DNA of 64,000 bases, taken from positions 496,001-560,000 of the forward strand of contig OZ218965.1 in assembly GCA_965112735.1 (NCBI GenBank), given 5' to 3'. Origin of the DNA: Phaeosaccion multiseriatum (Eukaryota; Protista; Ochrophyta, other classes). Both the position numbers and the translations under genes were made by a program. The notes beneath the pieces are model-generated. The model was given only the letters and a program-made list of their open reading frames with translations. It was not told where the DNA came from and ran no database searches. Within the stretch, counting starts at the first letter, position 1, and the number at the start of each line of letters is the position of its first letter. Below are positions 1-11,145 of this stretch, piece after piece.

Positions 1-355
1 CCCAGTTGTCCTGTTCTGCTGCTCTTTTTCCTCTCCCTCCTGCTCCTGCCTCTGACCCTGCTGCTGCACAGATTTTTGTGAGGCGCAAGTGCTGCTCCAC
101 CTACTGCTGTTGCTACAAGGAATCCTTCTACCACTGCTCCTGTCAGTCGTGCTGCGGAGGATAGCACCCCGGTGCCAATGGCAGGTGAATGTGCAACACG
201 TAAGTCACAAATGGGTCGCAGAGGCGGGAAATGACAGCCTGCGCGTGTTCTCGGTGGGGCCGAGACGACGTACCGTCCTAGATCTGTGCAGCTCTGATAA
301 GCGTGAGATGAGCTGCGTGACGAGGAAAGGTAAAGAGAGAATTTGCAATCACATG

Positions 356-3300
356 CTATTTTTTAGGCGCAGCCTTCTTTTCATCGAACTCCCTCACTAT
401 CGTGTTCACCTCCTCGGTGACTCGCCTGGCGAAAGCGAACAGATCCTCTTGCTGGTCATTGCGGAGACCCGTGTGTGCTCCCACACCCCCCAGCAGGTCT
501 TTCGCAAGCTCGTCCGCTGTCTTGAACTTGTCCTTCTCAAGCCAACCCCAATCCCCTCCCTCCCCTTCGCTCCACTTTCCCCATGTCTCCTTCACGCCGC
601 GATGGTTGTCTTCTAATTTGCCCGTGTCCCCACATTCGTCAACCGTCAGCCCGAAAAAAAGCGGCACCAGCACTGCTTCCTTTTTCTCCGCCCTGTCCGT
701 GAAGATTTGCATCTCCCGAAGAGGCCACTCTCGGCACACAAAAGACGGACTCAGCACGACCACGCCAATCGGGGCGGCGTTGGCTACCTCGAGCATCTTG
801 TCCTCCGCGCCATCTCCTGCGCGCAAACTTGTCTCGTCCAAGAACGTCGCAATGCCTCTCATCTCCAGCATCCTGTAGAGCAGAAATACAATGCCCCGCT
901 TCTCCGGCCCCGCGTGACTCAGGAAGACGTCGTAATTGTCAGTGTCACACCCTGCCCCTATCGAACTGAGGCTTGAAAACAGACCTTCCTTTGGAGGGAC
1001 ATCAGGGAGCTCGCTGTACAGCAGCCCCGGAAACCTATTGTCGAGAGTGCTCTTGAGCCATCCGTAGCACCTGTTCCGCACTTCTGAGACTCTTTCCCCA
1101 CCCCCGCTTGTTGGTACTGCGTACACAGCCGCATATTTTTCTCCCACCGCTACAAAAACCGCAATGTCTCCGACCAAGAGGAACGCGCTACTGCTCGAAC
1201 ACGCCTTTATGTCCACTCCTGTGTGACCACTGCCGACCGAAGCCAGAAAGAGCGCCAACGTGCTCACTGGAAAGGGCATGTTGTCGGCTCTGATCCCCTT
1301 TTCCCATACTTTGCCCCCTGCGCCCCAGCATCTGAATGCACGCAGAGGGCCCTGCTCACTCACACTCGCCAGGCGAGCTGGAACGACATATTCGCAAGTC
1401 TCCGCACCCTCCATCCCGACGGAAATGAGAATGCCCTGCCGCACCAAGGTGTCCCGCGTGCTCGTGAACAAGGCACCGTCTCCGAGGACTCTGTCTCGAG
1501 CGTCTTTCACCGCCTCGCTGTCTTCTTGAGCCTCTTCACCCTCCATCCGGCACTGGTGCCAATGCTTCCACAGAATGAATAGGTAGGCGGAATTCAGCCG
1601 GCCCGTGCTGCAAAAGGCGCCGTCCTGCTCGAGCAGCTTGCTGTACACCACTTTTTCTCCCACAAGGCATGTCTCAGTCTCCTCGGGCGCGAAGAGCTCT
1701 CCTTTACATTGGTTCCAGGCACCGCCCTCCTTTGTCTGACGCTCGCTCAGCTTGTGGTCAGCCAACGGCCTGATCAACGCCATCAACCACGTCGGGTCAA
1801 GATGCACCACCTCCAGGCCAGCAGCGCCTCCCAAAAGCACAAAGCCTGCAGTTTCGTGCAAGCGCAAGGCCTCCCTTGCGGTGTTACTGTCTCCCCCCCC
1901 CCTACAGCACGTCTTCCATGCGAACAGCCCTCTTGGTGTTGGTCGTGCCTTTTTTACCACGTCAGAAAAAGGAGAAACTACATGTCCCTCCTCCCTCATG
2001 TCACTGAGCGCGAAATACACATCCCTCCATGACTTTGGGATTGCCATACCGACGCTTGGGAAGTGGCCACTATCTAGCGCAAGACTTTGGATGTGCTCCA
2101 TCACAGCCTCTACACCCGCGAATGACTCGGAGCTGAGAGCAAAGAACCCTTTCACCACAAGAGGCGATCGTGCCCCGATATTCACCTTTATCGCATGCTC
2201 CTTAACCTCAGCTTCCAGCTCCCCTAGAATGTCTTGCGGTTCTCTACTTGTACACTTATCTGAGTGGGTGCCCACCACGACCACCACACTCCCTGGGCAC
2301 TGTGCCTGCACCACCTCGAGCCAGGGCGTCACATCAGACCGTGCTGGAGATGGGGTAGTCTCAAAGCGGTGGAGATCAACAACCAAAACAAACAGGGCCT
2401 CTTGCGTCAGAAAGAGCGGGTGAATCGCCGAGTAGCACTGCTGACCACCGAAGTCCCAAAAGTGCACTTTCAGGGTCTTGCCATCCCGCTCTGGTGGCCG
2501 CCAAACGTGCGTCTCCACCAGCACGGTGGACGGCGACTCCTCCTTCGTCCGGGCAGGCCTACCCTCCAAGATTGAACGGAGGAGACTGGTTTTCCCAGCA
2601 CTGCCGGTCCCCAGCAAGACTGCCTTCAGATCCCAGCTAGTCGCAGGCCCCGATCTCTCCAAGTCTTTAAGAAATTGCACTACAGACGCTAGCCCATTTT
2701 GGCACACGCTGTCAGGCAGGCCGGCAAACGAATTCCCAGATATGTCGAGGGACAACCTGTGGGGAAGCTGGAGGAGACTCTGAGCGGTCTCAAGATCGAG
2801 TCCTGAAGGCGCCACAAGATCGGGGGGGGGGGGCAAATTGGAGAATTGGTCACTCTGAGATCAAGTCCAAAGGATGAAGAACAGGTATACGCGCACCACC
2901 TACCCGTGAGCTTGTTGTCGTTGAGGTCAAGAGAAGTCAGCTGGCTGAGACGCCCAAGCTCCGCCGGAATGCTCCCTGCAATGGGAGGAACGTTCTTTGT
3001 CATACGACTATCAAGTGGAAGGGACGCGAACGGGTACGCGTACCACCTACCTACAAGGCCCTGATTGGACAAATGGAGCTTGGTCAGATGGTTCTGGGTG
3101 TTGATGTCTTCTGGGAGACTGAGGCTGTTACGATAGAAAGAGTAATGCGTGATTTGCATCCCCAATCGCCCGATGAGGGCAGCGGGAATAGGACCTGTGT
3201 ATCGGAGGGAAGACATTGGCTTATACACAATGTCAAGCGAAAGGGACGCGAACGGGTGTGCGTACCACTCACCAGTGAGGTTATTGTTGCTGAGGTACAG

Positions 3301-5095
3301 TCGCTTAAGGTTCTGAAGACGTCCAAGCTCTCTTGGAATGCTCCCTGCGGATGGGTGGGAAGTTCTTTGGTCACACTGATATCAAGTGAAAGGGACGCGA
3401 ACGGGTGTGCGTACCACCTACCTTCTAGATTGTTCTGAGCGAGCACGAGTTCTCGAAGGTTCTGAAGACGTCCAAGTTCGGGCGGAATGTTCCCTGCGGA
3501 GCGGAGGAAAGTTCTTGGTCATACTTACATCAAGTCAAAGGGACGCGAACGGGTATGCGTACCACTTACCAGTGAGCTTGTTGTCCCAGAGGCTGAGCAC
3601 CCTCAGGTTCCGAAGACTTCCAAGCTCGGGTGGAATGCTCCCTGCGGAGCGAAGGAAAGTTCTTTGGTCATACTCAAATCAAGTGAAAGGGACGCCGACG
3701 GGTGTGCGTACCACTTACCTTCTAGACTGTTCCAGTTGAGCCAAAGTTCTCGAAGGTTCGAAAGCTGTCCTAGTTGCGGTGGAATATTCCCTGAGATGTG
3801 GGGAACGTTCTTCAGCCATACATATATCAAGTGAAAGGGACGCGAACGGGTGTGCGTACCACCTACCTTCTAGACTGTTCTGGTGGAGCTTAAGTTCTCG
3901 AAGGTTCGAAAGGTGTCCTAGTTCTGGCGGAATGTTCCCTGAGATGCGGGGAAAGTTCTTCAGCCATACTGATATCAAGTCAAAGGGACGCGAACGGGTG
4001 TGCGTAGCACTTACCAGTGAGCCTGTTTTTATAGAGGCTCAAAACCTCAAGCTTCTCCAGGCTTCCAAGCTCGGGTGGAATGCTCCCTGCGGAGCGAAGG
4101 AAAGTTCTTTGGTCACACTAACATCAAGTGAAAGGGACGCGAACGGGTGTGCGTACCACCTACCTTCTAGATTGTTACCAGAGAGCCAAAGTTCTCGAAG
4201 GTTCCAAAGCTGTCCTAGTTGCGGCGGAATGTTCCCTGAGATGTGGGGAAAGTTCTTCAGCCATACAAAATATCAAGTCAAAGGGACGCGAACGGGTGTG
4301 CGTACCACCTGCCTTCTAGACTGTTCCGGTTGAGCCCAAGTTCTCGAAGGTTCGAAAGCTGTCCTAGTTGCGGCGGAATGTTCCCTGAGATGTGGGGAAA
4401 GTTCTTCAGCCCTACCAAAATCGAAAGGACGCGAACGGGTGTGCGTACCACTCACCGGTGAGCTTGTTGGTGGAGAGGTCCAGAGTCTGAAGGTTCTTCA
4501 GACTTCCAAGCTCCCTAGGAATGCTCCCTGCGGAGTGGAGGAGAGTTCTTTGGTCATACTCATATCAAGTGAAAGGGACGCGAACGGGTACGCGTACCAC
4601 CTACCTTCTAGATTGTTACTGTGGAGCACTAGATCTCGAAGGTTTGACAGCTGTCCAAGTTGCGGCGGAATGCTCCCTGAGATGTGGGGAAAGTTCTTCA
4701 GCCATACATATATCAAGTGAAAGGGACGCGAACGGGTCGCTCGACTACCACGTCATGCCGCTTCATCACAATTTTTTGCCCCGCTTTGCTTCGTCCTTCC
4801 CGAATATTCTAGACCCATCACATTGTTGGATGAACAGAGAGAGAGAACTTTTCGAAAATTCTGGAAATGCTCTTCCGAACCAAGGCGGAACAACCATAAT
4901 CACGTCTCTCTCACCTTTGACGCGGTTGATGGGCAGTTTGAGCTTCACAACATGGTCATTCTCTACGGTCACTCCGACCCAGTTCTCCAGAGGTGCTTCC
5001 GTGCCCCATCCTTTCTTCTCACGCCAAGCGGGCCCGCTCGTGGCGTCAAAGACGTGTGCAAGTATTCTACGCTGCTCCTCGAGGACGCTAGACAT
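356..5095 (-). CDS. ROCO-family LRR-ROC-COR GTPase with C-terminal TIR domain, 14 exons, ~1187 aa
   Basis: Exons in transcription order: 4915-5095 (LRR N-cap, MSSVLEEQRRILAHVFDATSGPAW...W.GVT), 4605-4676, 4456-4527, 4313-4384, 4164-4235, 4015-4086, 3867-3938, 3719-3790, 3570-3641, 3422-3493, 3273-3344, 3051-3194 (144 nt), 2904-2975, 356-2802. All introns are phase 1 and GT-AG except one GC-AG (4236-4312). The spliced length is 3564 nt, in frame. ROC motifs: GTGSAGKT (~2588-2611), WDFGGQ, VGTHSD. TIR motifs: YDVFLSHAG...FLDETSL...VVVLSPSFVCREWPLRE. Confidence 0.93.
2891..4737 (-). repeat. Tandem array of ~149-bp [72-nt LRR exon + conserved intron] units
   Basis: The intron core (plus strand tcaagt(g/c)aaagggacgcgaacggg(t/g)(g/a)(t/c)gcgtaccac(c/t)(t/c)acc) recurs about every 148-149 bp. 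The exons encode G(S/N)IPxxLGxLxxLxxLxLxxNxL(E/T). Confidence 0.95.
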
Positions 5096-5746
5096 CGTAA
5101 CCTTCGTAATACGCAAACACTGGTGACAGCTCGCCCTGTTCTTACTAGGCGTATTGCACACAAAGTCGTGAACGAGCTTTGAATCCATAAAGTTCACAAA
5201 TGGATCACGGTACCTGCCTGAATGTGGATATCGAATGACATGATCCACACGCGTTCTTGCCTTGAAGAAGAGACGCTACCAGAAGACCCTCACGTACAAG
5301 GCCTATGTAGTGAATCGCAAGTAATGATGGAGCGTTTTTCGGACTCAAGCAACGCGCCGTGGGAAAGAGAACACAAGAAAATCCCAACGAAGAACGTCTT
5401 CGCGATGCCACTACTGTCAAAGGAGAAACGCGAAAGATGCAAGCAATATACCGGTGTGGATCGGAAGGATAGCAGCGGATCGAATGATGACGACAACTGT
5501 TTCTTTTTGCACGACTTTCTAAACTCTCCGGCATCAGGCATCAGTAACCTAATGAAGGTCACACTTCATCGCACACGTCCATCATGTGAGCAAGTATTCA
5601 TGCGAGGGAATATGTTCCAGGTGCCCTCCCATTGCCCTGCTTTGCAGATGACAGCGGACACTCTGCCTCAGGTAGCTGACATCCACAACCGATGGCGCCA
5701 GGGACAGGTACCGGAGTTTCGGCGTGGTGAAGGGGATGGAGATGGG

Positions 5747-5935
5747 GTGTGGGTGCACAGTTACCGCCAGCGTACTGGACGCAAGGGCAAGCTTGATCCT
5801 GTGCGATGGTTTGGTCCGTATCGTGTTGTTCAGCGTTTGAGGGAAGGGGGAGCCACTTACTTTTGCAAGCGACTGGCTTCGGGTCTTCCAAAGGTGGGCT
5901 GGGTGCATGGGAACCGTCTTCGGCTGTACACGGGT
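5747..5935 (+). pseudogene. Ty3/Gypsy integrase C-terminal (GPY/F module) remnant
   Basis: VWV...KL.PVRWFGPYRVV...TY...VHGNRLRLY matches the GPY/F module that follows Gypsy integrases. No RT, RNaseH or integrase core is recognisable nearby. Confidence 0.7.
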
Positions 5936-7018
5936 GATGAGGAAGACATCCCGGCTGCTCGCTCCTCCTGTTCGTCCACGGCCTCCTGTTCCGAGGCTTC
6001 CAGACGATCGTAGAGGACTTGCCCAGCGACGTGAGGCGCGAGGGGCGGGAAGAAGAGGTGCTGTGAGGCATTACGCTGCGGCTCAGGGGCGAGAGCGACG
6101 GGTGGTTCGGAGGGGGCGCGTTGGTGATCCACAGCAGGAGCGGGAGGTTAAGAAGTGCCTCTTCCTCACACGCTGGCCCATGCTTCACAGTTGACGAGGG
6201 AGCGTCCGTATCAACGAGGAGTGGTGGTGTTAGTGCGGGGCTCGGCGTGGGGGGAAGATTTGGGGCGGCCTCACGACAGCTCCCTCAGCCCCCTCAGCAG
6301 CAGCAGCAACCCGCGCCCAGTGGTGGTGGTGGAGGGGGGCTTGGACCGAACGGCTCGCTCACCCCTACGTCAGTAACCTTCTCCTCTGGTCCCAACTCCT
6401 CTGTACTGACAAGGGAGCCGGAGGAGGTGGTGATGGAGCCTGTGGTGGTGGGGGTGGAGGGAGAAGAAGGTTGGCGTGTTGCATAGCTACCTTCGGAGGT
6501 GGCCCTTGGGTGAGGCGGCGGGGGGCGCGTGTTCGGCTCCGCTCTGCTGCTGCAGCTGCAGACGGGGTGGGTGAGGCACACCTCCGGCCGGCCCTGCGGG
6601 TGGGTGTGGAGACAGGGGAGCGCCTGCCCAGGGCCAGCAGAGCAGCAGCACCGCGGCAGCAGCAGCAGGATGATCGTAGCAGCGGCCGTCTACAGCAAAA
6701 TCGCCGCGCTCGGTGGAGAGAGGGGGATGAGGTGCGCCTCTTGCGAAGGGGGGAGGGGGATGCTCTCAGTGCCCACCCACCCACCCACCCCGGTGAGAGG
6801 GAGCTCTGGCGTGGGGTTGAAAAGGGCTCAAAGGGATGAGGTCAGATAGAAATATGTGCGGCCCACGCACGCTTTCTCTCTTTCCTCTTGCGGAACGGAC
6901 TGTGGCGAGAGGGAATAGGGCGAACACCACCAGCGCTGAGCAGATGGTAGCAGATGCCGCCGTGTGAGCCGCACGGCCTTGAGGATCTTCAGCAGCGGAG
7001 GGCATCGCAGAAGTGAAG

Positions 7019-7021
7019 GCA

Positions 7022-7068
<47 letters not shown>
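7019..7068. repeat. (CAG)n microsatellite
   Basis: About 16 CAG/CAA units, read directly. Confidence 0.95.
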
Positions 7069-7069
<1 letters not shown>

Positions 7070-9756
7070 CGGTAGAACTAGGACGTCCCGAAGCGCCACG
7101 CACGCAGGAAGCCTAGGAGGCCGCAAGGGGCCTCCTATCAACACGGCCGTGAGCAGCCTTCATCGCAGCCATCTTCGGAGTCAAGCTCGCCTACGACGAC
7201 GTGGTGAGTGGGGGAGGGAACGATGGAGGGCGGGCGGGCGGGAGGGAGGGTGGGAGGGAGGGAGGGAGAAAGAGAGCGCGTCCGTGAGTGGGGGAGTAAG
7301 CCAAACTGTACTGTAGGCGAAACTGTCATGCAACACCGAAGGGGCATCAACAGAGACCAAAACCCTTCCGTCTTGTCCGTGCTATTCAGTCCGATCGTCC
7401 GAGCGCTCTCTCCAGACTGTCGCACACCCGATCTCATGTTTTCACTCACTTCCTCCCTCCCGTTGCGCCTCCAACTTGCTCCACTTCGAATCCGCTCAGC
7501 GTAAGCGGTACCGCGCCTCGGGGGGGCGGCTCTCATGCTGACTATGGCAATGAACGCCTTTATCCCTCACGCTGCCGTCAGCTTTAAGGCTACTCAGACT
7601 TAGAGGGTGAGTCGAGGAGGGAGGGTGTGGGCGGGTGCGTGCGTGCGTGCGTGCGTGCGTGAGTGCCCCGCTCCACGCAGACCTGAGTGCAGAGGGGGAA
7701 AAACACACCGGTTTCACTAAGAAGCAGCGGCAGTAGGGCGGAGGGGGAGGGGGGGGCTTTCGTCGGCAAACCGAAGGGTGCAGAGAAGAGACCTTCCGCC
7801 CTGCTGCCTCCCGTCCCACCGAGAGGCTGTGACGATCTCCCTCTGCACCTGCCCGGCTCCCCCCTCGCCGGGCCCTGAGTTGTGTCCCCCGTCGGCAGCG
7901 GTCAGAAGGATAGGAGGGCGGGCCCGAATCATGTCATGGATGGCGACGACGTAGCATAATTTCCGACGTCCAACTAGACGCTGACGGGCCTCTCTCTGCC
8001 CTCCTTTGTTTGGAGGTGCACTGCGTACTTTGTCGATTGTCTCGCAGAGAATGGTTCACTCTACGTAACGGCATGTCGACCCACCTCTTCCCCCACCCCC
8101 ACCCCCCTCTCCACCCTCCACCTCCCCCGCCCCCCCACATACCCTTTTCTACTGACCTGACCCAATCCTGACCTGGCCTGCACTGGACTGGTCCGTCCCT
8201 CCCCTCGCCTCCGCATCTCACCCCTCTTGTCGCTCACTGTCACCGCCACTGCCACCGCCACTGCCACCTCGCCCGACACCACACTGGCAGGCTCGGCACG
8301 GTGTTCACTGTGTGCCTCATGGACAGCCCGGGCATGCCCGTGTTGGTGCTGCCGTTTGCTGCCATCGCCGTCTTGGATGGAGTGAAGTTCGTGTGCTTTC
8401 ACATGTACCGCATCCTGCCGTGCCCGAGTGATGTGATCCTGGGCCTGCTCAACAGCATGCCCTCGTGCACATTTTTGAAGCTTCTGAGGAGGAGCACCCA
8501 GGTCAGTCTGAAACACGAACGTCACGTGACGCATACACACACCTTCCTGGTGCTGACCGGTGGGCTACATGCTCTACCCGTGTTGTGGACACCCGTCACC
8601 GCGGTGCGTGAGGTCTGCTCTTTTGCCTCTCTGTCTCGTCATCTCTGTGTTTCCTATATCCCTCTATCAGTAGTTCTCTTTCCTCTCTCTCTCTTCGTGG
8701 CTGTGTTTGTGTATCTCCATCTGTTCCCTCTCTCTCTGTCCCCCGCCCTTCCCGTCTCCTCTCACTTACCCCCTCTCTTCCCCCTCCTCCCTCCTCCTCC
8801 CTCCTCCTCCTGCTGCTGCTGATGTTGCGTTCCCTTGGTTGGCACTTCTCTCTGGCCTCTTCCCCCCTCCCCCTCTGCTCGCTGCCCTCTCCTCCCTCTC
8901 TCTCTTTCGCTCTGTGATCGTGCGCGCTCTCTCTCTCTTCCTCTCTGTCCCGCTTGTTCCAGGAGGCCGCAAGCCTTCGAGGCGGCGCTCTTCACTGGGC
9001 CGCGGACAGCCACGCCACAATGGCAGCTCGCAAGTACTGCCAAGTAAGTCAGAGAAGGAAGAGGAAACAGACCTCCTTCCTGTTTGCTTTCGCTGCAGGA
9101 GGGACTCACTCACTCACTGGCTGGGGCGCAGAGGGTCGCACTCCTCCTGTCCGTGCGCTCTTGCCTTACCCTGTGCCCGCTAGTCGTGAATCAGTGTGAC
9201 GTCTTTGTGGATCGATGACCTCACCTCCCCGCTGTGCCTACCCGACACCAGGTAAGCCGCCCAGCAGCACCGAGGGGGAAGGTGGTACGAGCGAGATCAT
9301 GCCGAGCTTGGCCGGCAGTGCAGATGCCCATACACCTCTCCACAAAGAGAGCGCTGGGCTGGCTGGGCGCAGTGAGGGTGAGTCAGGGTGGTACTGCGAG
9401 GATAGGATGCGGCGCTGGACTCCTTTTGAAAGAGGGCTATAATACTTACTCCTCGTCCTGGTGCTGCTCGTGTCCTTGTGGACCATGTATGCTCCGTTGT
9501 TCGAAGGCCCCATGAGAGCACAGAATCAGACTGTAAGTAGAAAGCAGAGGAAGAGGAGGTTGCAGAGTTGGCGTTGGGCGTGGCGGGGGCCGTGTTGAGC
9601 GGATCTTCTCTCCTGCGCACTCTCGACAGGACAAGATAGATGGGTGGAGCTCCAGGAGAACACTTTGAATTTGATGTATCTTTATTTGCCCAACCTATGT
9701 ACTAGTACAATGTAACAAAACAATTGTTTGAGGTACCTATATGCCTCCAAAGGTGC

Positions 9757-9922
9757 AAAATGCTGCTCGCTCAGCGCTCTAACCATATGCTTGTATGTAC
9801 CGCTGCTTCAGCAGCGAAGCCACGGAAGTTCTGTTCTCGCAGAGTGGAGTCGACGGAGAAACAGGGTATTGAGAGCCGAAAATGCTGCTCGCTCAGCGCT
9901 CTAACCATATGCTTCTATGTAC
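9757..9922. mobile_element. 78-bp terminal fragment of the A/B element (9801-9878) flanked by a 44-bp direct duplication
   Basis: 9801-9878 matches the start of A (23850, 26459). 9757-9800 and 9879-9922 are identical except for 1 nt. Confidence 0.85.
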
Positions 9923-10041
9923 ACGGCTATTCAGACCGATTTTTCCTCGGACCAACTGCACCTCTACTGCCCACATGACCACAAGTCAGTCTCAAGGTGC
10001 AGCTGAAGAAGAGCAGCAGCAGCCCTCACCACTAGAGTAGG

Positions 10042-10251
10042 GCCCAAGGACAGACGCTCTCCCGCATTGGTGTTGACCTACGAGGCGATGTCTTCTCCCA
10101 CGGACAGCTCTACGTCGCCCTCTCCCGAGCCAAAGACCACGACCACGTCGTCGTCCATGTCCAGCTCTCGCGCCTCTTGGACGGCGTCGCCCACACTGCC
10201 AATAATAATATTACATACCCTGCCTTTATTAACGCTGCTCTATCCTCATAG
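10042..10251 (+). pseudogene. Helitron/Helentron RepHel PIF1-type helicase C-terminus (fragment)
   Basis: Manual translation: [33 protein letters not shown]...[11 protein letters not shown]. This gives PIF1 motifs V/VI with the Helitron-type '[13 protein letters not shown]...T.NI.Y' tail. It is missing from the ORF track because it has no start codon. Confidence 0.85.
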
Positions 10252-10274
10252 AACTCTCCCTCCCTCCCTTATCC

Positions 10275-10794
10275 TGTAAAAGCGACCTAAGCCGCTTAGA
10301 CAAGTGGTAACCCTTGATATATTATACGGGATGGAACCCGTTTGCAAGCCCTGCTGCTAGGCTCTCCTTATACCAAGATCACCGTTCTGACGTCCTCCTC
10401 CACTCAGAATCTACGTAATATAGGACACACCGACCATTGACTTATGGTCCTTCTCACTCTGAGGCCTTCCAACATCCCCAATGCCTATCCCGTAACCTTC
10501 CAACATCCCCAATGCCTATCCCGTCTCTGCGACCACCACCGCAAGGTCTAGAACCCCAAATGTTAGAACCTAGCAGCAGGGCTTGCAAACGGGTTGTAAA
10601 AGCGACCTAAGCCGCTTAGACAAGTGGTAACCCTTGATATATTATACGGGATGGAACCCGTTTGCAAGCCCTGCTGCTAGGCTCTCCTTATACCAAGATC
10701 ACCGTTCTGACGTCCTCCTCCACTCAGAATCTACGTAATATAGGACACACCGACCATTGACTTATGGTCCTTCTCACTCTGAGGCCTTCCAACA
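10275..10794. repeat. 200-bp direct duplication nested with a 27-bp perfect inverted repeat
   Basis: 10275-10474 equals 10595-10794. 10335-10361 is the reverse complement of 10569-10595. There is also an inner 29-bp tandem (10465-10493 / 10496-10524). Confidence 0.9.
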
Positions 10795-10806
10795 ATCCCC
10801 TCCGTG

Positions 10807-11145
10807 GAAAGTCAGTCGTATGTCAGTGGCCCAGGCCTAGGCAACGCAGTGAGAAACGGGTGGTCGTTTAGGACAGTGCATAGATAAGCTAATAGATACA
10901 AGGCCGGCTGTCAGGCTAGCTAGCTTTGGGGTTGTGGAAAGTCGTGCTTAGACCTCCACAAAACGGACTAGACACACAGATAAGGTAGCAGCACCCCAAA
11001 GCTAGCCTGACAGCCAGCCTTGTATCTATTAGCTTATCTATGCACTGCCTGTCCTAAACGACCACCTGCAGGAGGATAGTGAGAAACGGGCACCGTTTCT
11101 CACTGCGTTGCCTAGGCCTGGGCCACTGACATACGACTGACTTTC
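10807..11145. repeat. Foldback (long inverted repeat) element
   Basis: The left arm 10807-10932 pairs with the right arm 10993-11145 around a ~60-bp spacer. The right arm has a ~28-bp insertion. Confidence 0.88.

Noticed and set aside
89-2783. Plus-strand ORFs overlapping the ROCO gene
   Set aside because: They are antisense shadows with no motifs.
2803-2836. ORF-track start MPPPPDL for the ROC-COR-TIR ORF
   Set aside because: It lies in the last intron. The acceptor CAG at 2803-2805 joins the LRR exons in phase.
6000-9650. ORFs in GC-rich low-complexity DNA
   Set aside because: No recognisable domains or consistent exon chain; the region is dominated by CAG, CT and GCGT runs.
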